Below, one piece after another: positions 55,603 to 64,000 of a stretch of DNA of 64,000 bases. Position numbers and translations under genes: made by a program. Position 1 is the stretch's first letter; each line of letters begins with the position of its first letter. The notes under the pieces were generated by a model. The model saw nothing but the letters and a program-made list of their open reading frames with translations. It made no database searches and was not told where the DNA came from. Origin of the DNA: Vitrella brassicaformis CCMP3155 (lineage: Eukaryota > Protista > Chromerida); contig CDMY01000255.1 in the NCBI GenBank assembly GCA_001179505.1, forward strand, positions 124,001 to 188,000, read 5' to 3'.

Positions 55603-57235
55603 ATGCTTCCCCTCATCATGAGCTTCCTTGCAACGCTCTCATCTTCCGTCACTCTGGCCGACCCATTCCAGAGCCAGCCGCCGTCCTTTATGAGCCTGAG
55701 GCCCGCACAAGCGTCGATGAGGCGGCAGCAGCCGTCACAGCGTGCCAGCAAGGGCTTTCTTGCATCCAGGAGGGCGTCCCCTGTGCCAAGACTGCGGCCA
55801 AGGAGGCGGCGAGACCATCTGCAGCCATCGATGGGTGTTGAGGAGTGGCGATACCGGCAGCTGACAACTCACGGGCTGCTGGACATGATCCCCATGCGCC
55901 TGCCGCGCAGCCATAGCCTCTCCTACGGCTTCCTCAAGCAAAAGGACACCGAGAGCTTCAAGCAGGTCGACCTGCTGCCGGGCGAGCGGTTCACGATGGA
56001 GGTCAACAAGTACACTGTCTCGGAGATCATCCAGCAGGGCTTCAACGAGAAGCACTACTGCTTCGGCTTCCTGCTGTACGACGAGCCCACCAACAATGAC
56101 GAGGAGGAGGAGGACGGCGACGGCACCATGAGGCCCACCGTGCCCTTCTTCCAGCAGCACCAGGCTGAGGTGCCCAAGGTGGTGGGGTCGGGCGCTGGCA
56201 GGAAGGGCGGCAGCGGCACGCCCAACGCGCCGCCGTCCGACAGCGAGCTCGACTGGGACGGTGCCAAGCCCCTCCAGTACGCCCTTCTCGCCCAGGTCAT
56301 CCGATGGAGGAAGACACAAAACGGCATCCTGCTGCAGGTGGGAGGGAGAGGCAAGGGTATAAGGACGGACCACGCATGTGCCGCTCACCTTTGTCTTCTG
56401 TGTGGGCTGGTTTCCTTCAGTACCAGATCCAGGGTGCAGTGAATGTCGAGCGGCTGGTCAAGGTGGAGCCCTACCCGAAGGCGATTGTCACTCACGACCT
56501 GCCGGCCTTCAGCAAGAACGCCACTCAGCCTGTGCAGGACATCGACAGGGCCCGGGAACTCAAGAGCGATATCGTCGACCTCGTCAGGTACTGTGACGAG
56601 ACGTCCGAGGCGCTCGCCGAGAAGTCGGGCTGGTCGCGACTCGCCGCTGATATCGGCACAAGGTGGGTGGGGTCGGCCAGCATCGGTGGGCGGATGGATG
56701 GATTGTGTGCGGCTGATTGCTCGCATTGCAGGGGATCTCTGGAAAGGCGGTGGGAGGACTCGCTGAGTCAGAATGGGCCTCTGGAGCTGTGGCGCATGAC
56801 TGAGGCGGAGACCTACTACTGGCTGTCCTTTGTGGCTCAATCCTTCCATCTGTCGCCGCTGGAACAGGTACAGGACATCAAACGAGAGCGGGCAGGAAGC
56901 GTATGCCTATTGTTCTCCCTCCGTCGATGGTCTCCGTCTGCGAAATGGAATGTCAGTTGGCCTCCTTTCAATACGGGACGACCGACGAGCGGTTAGAGTA
57001 TGTCGTCAGGACACTCAGGCGAAAGGCAAACGTAAGCACACTGACACTCACACCCCAGCCACGGATGACCCACACACAACACTCACCACCCCTCCCCCTC
57101 TCTGCTTTTCTTGTCCTTCAGGAGCTGTCTGCCCGGAAGAGTCTGATGGAGCTCATGGCCCCCAAGAAGAAGGGCGACACCGATGGCGGGTCGGAGGCGT
57201 CTGAGGCAGGCGATGACCCACAGCCCAAGACGTGA
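55603..57235 (+). CDS. Lon protease N-terminal (substrate-binding, PUA-like) domain-only protein, putatively plastid-targeted, 5 exons
   Basis: Leader MLPLIMSFLATLSSSVTLA followed by an Arg/Ser/Gln-rich transit-like stretch. Motifs: VDLLPGERFTMEV, CFGFLL, YALLAQV, GAVNVERLVKVEPYPKAIV, WLSFVAQSFHLSPLEQ, TTDERLEYV..LSARKSL. No AAA+ or protease domain. Confidence 0.7.
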
Positions 57236-57553
57236 CCAGCCACTCATCCCACCCCCCGGCTCCACCTCCTTGCTTCCCTTTATTCCTCCATGTGCAGTCA
57301 GTCCATTCACTGACAAACCACGAGTTTTTGGCTTCTCAATTACTCGTCTGCTGCGTGGGGGAGGCAGAGATCTCTTAATTATTACCATATGTCTGTCTGT
57401 CTATGAGGGGGCGTTTTTTCATGATGGCATTGTTAGGGGCTCTAGTTGTGAATATGCTCGTTGGCCAGCCTGTCTGTCTGTCTGTCTGTCACCGCTTTCA
57501 ACTCGACTCAGCTATTCATTCCTCTTTCTGCCTTTGGTTCCGGGGGGGGGGGG

Positions 57554-57853
57554 NNNNNNNNNNNNNNNNNNNNNNNNNNNNNNNNNNNNNNNNNNNNNNN
57601 NNNNNNNNNNNNNNNNNNNNNNNNNNNNNNNNNNNNNNNNNNNNNNNNNNNNNNNNNNNNNNNNNNNNNNNNNNNNNNNNNNNNNNNNNNNNNNNNNNNN
57701 NNNNNNNNNNNNNNNNNNNNNNNNNNNNNNNNNNNNNNNNNNNNNNNNNNNNNNNNNNNNNNNNNNNNNNNNNNNNNNNNNNNNNNNNNNNNNNNNNNNN
57801 NNNNNNNNNNNNNNNNNNNNNNNNNNNNNNNNNNNNNNNNNNNNNNNNNNNNN
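57554..57853. other. Scaffold gap (300 N) with the same sequence on both sides
   Basis: ctttggttccggggggggggg occurs immediately before and immediately after the Ns. Confidence 0.99.
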
Positions 57854-59323
57854 CTTTGGTTCCGGGGGGGGGGGGGCTCAGCTAGTGGGTCAGTGGTCAG
57901 CTTTGACGAGTGTGATGGAGGAGGGGCACGGCCGCTGTCTTGTGTACATAAAATCGAATCAGCTGCCGCGTTGCCCTCCGCTTCTCCATAATTCATTCAG
58001 GCAGCGGGCCCGGCGCGTAGGGGAGGGAGCAGGGGTAGGGGGGTGTCTCGTGTGCGTGCTTCGAATGGACGAGTGAATGGGGCGATTTTGTTCCATCTTG
58101 GTACCCTCCTTTGATACGGGTGAGTGAGTGCATATTCATGATGCGATGCATGGAGTTTCTTCCTGCCTCTGTTGCGTGGGGTCTGTCCGTGTGTGTGTGT
58201 GTGTGTGTTCCTGTGTGAATGTGCGTGTGGGCGTGCGGCTGATGCATCGATGGACGCTATTCTTTTCCGAATCGCAAAAGAGACCGCGCCGCGCCATGTG
58301 TCCGATTTTGTTGTGTCCTGCTCGGCTGGGTCTCTCCCTTCTCTCCCATGCCACGCCAACCAACCACTCGTCCACTCCACCCACGTACACTCTGACACCG
58401 ACTGCGCAGTTTCATACCACCTTCCTGTCTGTCTGTCTGTCTGTCTGCCTGCCCGTCCGTCATGTCTGTGTCTGAGTTTTTGGGATGTCTGTCTGTCCAT
58501 GTATTGTGTTGTGTCGTGTTGCCCCGTGATGACAGCGCGCTCCTTTCCACCATCGATTTGTACCATACGTAGCGTAGCACAGCGTAGCGAGAGAGCATGA
58601 CACCGACCGAAGAGCGGGGGGACTCGCCGGATGGCACGCGTGAGAGGGAGGGAGGGAAGGGGGGCGAAGGGCGGGTCAAGGAGGCAACCAACAGTCAGCT
58701 GATGTGTGTGGAATGGGTGGGTATCGGTGGGGCGGTGTGTGGGTGATCGGTTGCATTTAGTGTGCATACCGTTGAGCGAGTATGTGTGTGTGTGTGTGTG
58801 CGGGACGGTGACCCATTTCTCCCTGCGTGCCCGTGGCATCGCATGACTGTTCCCATCCGTCGCTACGCTCTCCTCCATGCCGCTTTCTGCTGCCACCCTC
58901 GGCAGCAGATGGCTCCGTGGCGGTGGACGGCTACACGGATGACAGTCTGCTTTGCCTAGGCTTCCCTGTAGTATTTGTTATGGCTTGCCTGACTGGCTGG
59001 CTGGCCGCTCGTAGATTGCGAGTGGGAGAGGAGTTTGTCACTGACTGACAACACAGCGGGCCCCGGCCTCATCCCAGCCATTCCTATAAGCTATCTGTGC
59101 ATCCAATCTACGGGAATGTCTTTCCGTAGCCCATGCCATGGACTGATGACTGATTGCATGTCACTCACGCAGCACGTGCCCTAGTGTGAACTATCGGATG
59201 CCTGGATGCCCGACTGCCTTCCTGTACACGTGGACAGATGATAGCTACATTGAGTCAAGTGGGACCCTCCATCTCAAATGATCCAATCAGTCCATCCATC
59301 CATCCATCGGGCCATCCATCCCA

Positions 59324-60454
59324 TCAGTCTGTCTTCGACTCATTGGCCTCCTTTTTCTGCACTCGCTGCTGCCAGGTGCTGCTCTGCGCTATGTTGATCA
59401 TCAAACAGTCTGCCGTCGCCAACACGTTCTTGGTCTGCGGCCCGTCAGCATCGCCGATGATCTCTGCCTCCATGAAGATTTTGCGGCCCTCCTGTTTGAC
59501 CAGCTTGACCACCACCACTATCACCTCACCCGCCAAAATGGGCTTCTTGTAGTTGACAGTCAGCTGACACACACCCACACACGAAACGATGCTCGCTCTT
59601 GCGGGGGCAGGATCTGATTGTGTGTGGGGGGCTCACCCACCTGTGCTGTCGCGGCCGAGGGCGTGTTCGCAAAGGCAAGCATCCTGAAAGAGGGCAGCAT
59701 GACAAATCACATGCCTGACAGGCGCTTGCTTGGTTCTCACACCACTCACGTGTGTGCGTACCGTACCCGAATGCATTGTCCAGGAGGGCGCTTGTGAACC
59801 CGCCGTGGACCACCCCGCGGTGCCCACACACGTTGGTGCCCGTCTGGCACACAACGGTCAGCCTCTCCTTGGAAGGATCCAAAAAGTACCTTAGCAACCT
59901 GATGCCTGAATCACATTCGACATTACACCAGCCTCACAGGTGGGTGTCACCAGGAAACGGCGGCCGCCATCGAGCTGACCTTCGACGGCGACGAGTGTGT
60001 CATGGATGAGCTGATAGCCGTCTTCGCGAGGCGGGAAGTGGTGCTCCATCAACGTCCCGTTGGGAAGATGCCTCAGCGTCCAGTTAGGAAGGCCCTCTGG
60101 CGCCTCATGCCGCACCGTCACGTGTGGAAAGGCATGCCGCACCGCCTCATCCACTGTGTGCGCCTCGTCGCCACTTGTTGATGGTGGCCGATGAATCGGG
60201 TGCGGGTGCGGGGAGGGCGAGGGCGTGGCTGTCGTGCTGCGGACCTCACTGGACGGCACAGAGCGATAGATGGGAGCTGGGCTGCCGCCTCCCTCTCCCC
60301 TGTCGACGCCAATAGCCTCAGCAAAGCCCACAGAGGTCGGCGACTCATGGCAGAGGTGGGGCTTGCGTGGTGAAGGGTAAAAGAGGATCAGAGATGCTGC
60401 GGCGCTGCCAACGATGCTGACGCAGGAGAGCCGCTGCCACGTGTGCCTCCACAT
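59324..60454 (-). CDS. Hotdog-fold acyl-CoA thioesterase (THEM4/PaaI-like), possibly mitochondrial
   Basis: IHDTLVAVEG|IRLLRYFLDPSKERLTVVCQTGTNVCGHRGVVHGGFTSALLDNAFG|..|LTVNYKKPILAGEVIVVVVKLVKQEGRKIFMEAEI. The GxxHGG..ALLD and L.VNY..P motifs are typical of this family. Confidence 0.85.
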
Positions 60455-61487
60455 GATGAGATCAACAGCTGCATTCACAGGACGCGCTTCCTCAGCTCAT
60501 CTTGATGAGCTATTCGGCAATGAAAATGAAAGATCGGTGTAGATGCCGCCTCTGCAGCTCGTAGGCCTGGCGTAACGGCGCATACACCTCTTAGCGTCCG
60601 TTCTCCGTTTGCGAGTTCAAACTTGGCGAGCTTGAAACCGAAGAGGGAAAGGGGTGTTGTGTCTTCTCTGTCTGTCTGTCTGTCTGGTCAATGGTGTCGG
60701 CGGCATCTCTATCTGTCTGTGTGTGTGGCGGGCCGGCTAGGGGCCGGGCCATTTGTGTGTGAGCAATTCACTAAGTCAACTCAGTCACGCCACGGCCGTC
60801 ACCCGCGGCACACACCGGCACACACACTCCACCACACCGTCATCAAGAGAGAGAGATGGCAGGCAGGTGAGTCAGCCATTCAGCCAAACACTCACACATC
60901 GGCCGGAGCGTCACATCGAAATCGGCCGGCAGCGGAGCGGACCGCACCAGATGCACTCTCACACACACCACACCCACAGCCATTCGGTCACACAGCAGCA
61001 GCAGCTGGTCCACACAGCAAGCGGTGGGCGAAATGTCCTGAAGAACAAACCGATCGGCGACAGAGATGAATGACGACAGCCAGCGACTAACTTGAGATGC
61101 CCTCCTGACAACACACACACACACAGAGAAGGCAGGGCCACACTCAGCCACATGGCGACAGAGGGGATGCATCGCTGCGCACCCACCAGTGCGTGTTGGC
61201 TGATGGATCGGTCAGCCGCCGCCCTCCGCCTCAGCTGCGCCACTCTCACCTGCCCAAGGCACACACATACACACATACACACACATAAATGAATGAATGT
61301 GACGCAGGTCGACGTGGGGGCCTCTGCGGTGAGTCTGGCTGTGTACCTCCGCTGCCCTCTCCGCTGCCGCCACTCTCATCGCCACCGCCATCGTCCGACT
61401 CTATGCCACACACAGCGAGAGAGAGGGCAGTTCTTCCATCCATGTGTGTTTGTCCATACCATCGTCGCTGTCGTCATTCTGCTGCTG

Positions 61488-63029
61488 CTATTGCTGTACT
61501 TGTCCGTCGAATACGAACGGGGCCACCGCCCCCAACACCACGCGAGCCAACTGAGTGGTCACCGGGAAGCGGTGCTTGAACAAACCAGTCCCACACACAG
61601 CCGCCTCTATAGTGCCGACATACACACTCACTGCACACAAAGGGAAAGAAGAACACTGATGACATTTGACCAGCAGTCCCTCTATATCACGCCCACCGGT
61701 GTTGCCTCGATCCCAGATGCTGATCCATGCGACGAAGGGGTGGCTGCCGTCGGTAAGCACCAGGCGTCGCCAATCATCCCTATCTATGGTCGTGCAGCCG
61801 GCCACTGGTGTGTGTGGGGACTGCGTCAGCAGATCGTCCAGACGGCCACCACCGACACCCCTGGACAGACAGACACCAACAAATGATTGACAGACACCAA
61901 CAAATGGTTGATGGTAATGTGCCCGACCCGACCCCATTGGTGTCATTGGTGTGTTACCTGTTGAGTGTAGTCGTCGATGTGCTGTTGTACCGGTGCTTGA
62001 GGAAGTGAAGGTCGAAGACCACGCACCTGTCAAATGACGACACTGACGCATCGGTGTACTGGCCACCCCATGAGATCCACCGGCGACTGAAGAACGAGAA
62101 GCACAAGGCGCTCCTGTTCATTGGTGGGTCGTGTGGCTGTCTGCGCCGCCGGTGCAGGTTGCCGACAGGCAGGGGCGGATCGATCGTCAGGCGGAAGCCG
62201 GGCTCGTCCTTGATGGCCCGCACCTCACCGTTGCCGTGGTGGAACAGCTGCAGGCAGCTGCCGTCACTGAAGTGGACGTGGCGGCCGACCATCTTGAGCT
62301 GCGCCAACACACGGGGAGCCGACACATACGCCTACATACACGATCACACACAGAGAGAATGAGGCCCTCTCCCTCCCCTCCCCTCCCCGCCCCTCTGTTT
62401 GCCGGCTCACCGTTTTGTTTGCGTGTGTGATGATGTCAGCACCACTGAGGGTCACAGGCAGCTGACAGTTGCCGCACTGCTCCGCCAGCTCAATCACCTC
62501 ACCCATCTCGCCCCAGTCCCCCTCCTCCACTACACACACCGCCGCCAGCAGATCATGTGTGCCGAACTGTTCGTCGTCGAACCGCAGCAGCTGCACTTGC
62601 TGCCCATTCACCACCCGCCGCAGCCCCGCCTGTGAGCCCAGCGAGTGGCTGAGCCGATCTCTCAGCTGGGCCGCTCCGAAGAGCTCTCTGAGCCACGTGC
62701 AGGTGGCCCTCAGCCGCACGACGTCCTTGATGCTGAGGAGGTAGCGGCTCCTCCGGCCGACACACAGGTATGACACGGGGTGCTGCTGCTGCTCCTGGTG
62801 CTGCATGGGATGGATGGGCCAAAATGGTCAGATGAGTGAGGCGCTCGACGACAGCCTGCACAGAGCGACAGAGCCGACAGAGGATTGTGTGCATCAAGCA
62901 TGCTGCTCACAGATCTGTGTGCTGCTCACCTCGTTCGATGCTCAGATGGACAGATCAGAGGGGTGTCAATGAGCTACCAGCACCACCAGCACCACCACCA
63001 GCGGCAGCGGCAGATGAGGAGGCCGCCAT
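61488..63029 (-). CDS. Lineage-expanded hypothetical protein (second F-box-like family), multi-exon
   Basis: MAASSSAAAAGG..|..YLLSIKDVVRLRATCTWLRELFGAAQL..LLRFDDEQFGTHDLLAAVCVVEEG..ANK|..VLAQLKMVGRHVHFSDGSCLQLF..TLNR|GVGGGRLDDLLTQSPHTPVAGCTT..FVAWISI..FPVTTQLARVVLG..QQ*. Confidence 0.65.
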
Positions 63030-64000
63030 CGCTCCTCAGCCACACTGCACCGATGGGCCGACAGACACACAGAGAGAGAGGCACACAGAGAGAGAGGCAC
63101 ACAGACAGACAGACAGACAGACAGAAAGGCCAACGCATTCATTGAGGTGAGTGGATGAGCGCATCACTCCTGCAGTGAGTCAGTGAGTGTTGGGCTTCCC
63201 TCACCACCGGTGTCTGTCAGCTCAACTGCCCGCCACCCCACCGCAGCAGTCGAGAGGGCGACCGACTCGAGTGACTCTTCTCGCCCCCTTGTCGGCCGAG
63301 TGCCTCACTCTCGCAGCGCACAGCTGTCCGACAAGGCGCACAAATGCCGCGCTTTGACCTCTCGTGGGGCTATAGGGTAACAAACCCTTTGACCCCTCGT
63401 CAAACCCTCCAGCTCTTTGGTTCGGTGGCAACCGCAGTGGCAGCTCTTTCTTTTGAACGCAGCCAGAAATGGGCAATGTTCTTCGAAAGGGAGATTCGAG
63501 TGTTGTTGACGAGAAGAGGGGATCCGGCGACGCCAGCCCTGCAGCGGCCCCTCCGCCCGTCATTGGTATATCGGTCACGCCTGCGTCGCCAAAAAACCAA
63601 AACAACGCTGTCGACGCCCTGCCTGACAGGTGAGAATGGCAGGGAGGGAAAGGCAGTCGTGGTTTGGGCTCATATCTTTCTGTGGTGGTTGGCTGCTATG
63701 GTTGTCTGTCTTTCAGGTATTTCAAGCGCAACCGAAGGTAAGAAAGGACACAATGTAGTAGACCCCGGGATGGTGATTTCACTCTTGACTCTCCTGTCCC
63801 TCTCTGGTACGTGTGAGTGGCAGGGTGTCAGTCAGCGCCGAGAGCGTCAACCCCAACGATTATGTCAAGGTGGTCCATCAAAAGGCCGAGGACACCAAGG
63901 TGACCCAGCACACACAGACACACAAACCGAAACCGGCTGTCAGCCACGTGCCTGTGCCTCCCTTGTTGACTGGTGCAGGTGCGGCTGCGTTTGATACTCA

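Noticed and set aside
63222-64000. ORFs at the right edge (63344-63994 plus; 63222-63605 minus)
   Set aside because: No motif, ambiguous strand and truncated context; may be part of a gene continuing outside the window.
1-64000. tRNA, rRNA or snRNA genes
   Set aside because: No cloverleaf or conserved rRNA/snRNA signature noticed by eye; tRNAscan-SE and Infernal would be needed to exclude them.

Overview
Eukaryotic, GC-rich, intron-dense nuclear DNA. Introns are short GT-AG type and packed with (GT)n/(CA)n, (GACA)n and (GGAT)n microsatellites, and there are three 300-N scaffold gaps. An ApiAP2-type gene, proteins with bipartite plastid-targeting leaders and the multicopy hypothetical families point to a chromerid alveolate, most likely Vitrella brassicaformis (inference, no database search). 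Recognisable genes: an intronless ~8.3 kb NBAS/Sec39-like ORF, an ApiAP2 factor, a plastid DUF177/YceD gene head-to-head with an exostosin/GT47 glycosyltransferase, a pinin/SDK-like gene, an intron-containing DUF6632-like membrane protein of bacterial type, a plastid Lon-N-domain-only protein, a THEM4-like thioesterase and four members of lineage-expanded F-box-like families. The 18-50 kb centre is a duplication mosaic. It holds a ~4-5 kb direct segmental duplication, a 3-unit tandem array plus a fourth decayed copy of an unknown Pro-rich/Trp-rich gene with a palindromic GCGAGCT..AGCTCGC upstream motif, and a Pro-rich tail module reused behind different N-terminal domains, one of them a kinase N-lobe lacking its C-lobe. 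Near-identical ~0.5 kb inverted repeats bracket a 5.2 kb segment. No rRNA, tRNA, CRISPR array or transposase/RT was recognised. Exon boundaries were read by eye, and all family assignments rest on remembered motifs, not on searches.
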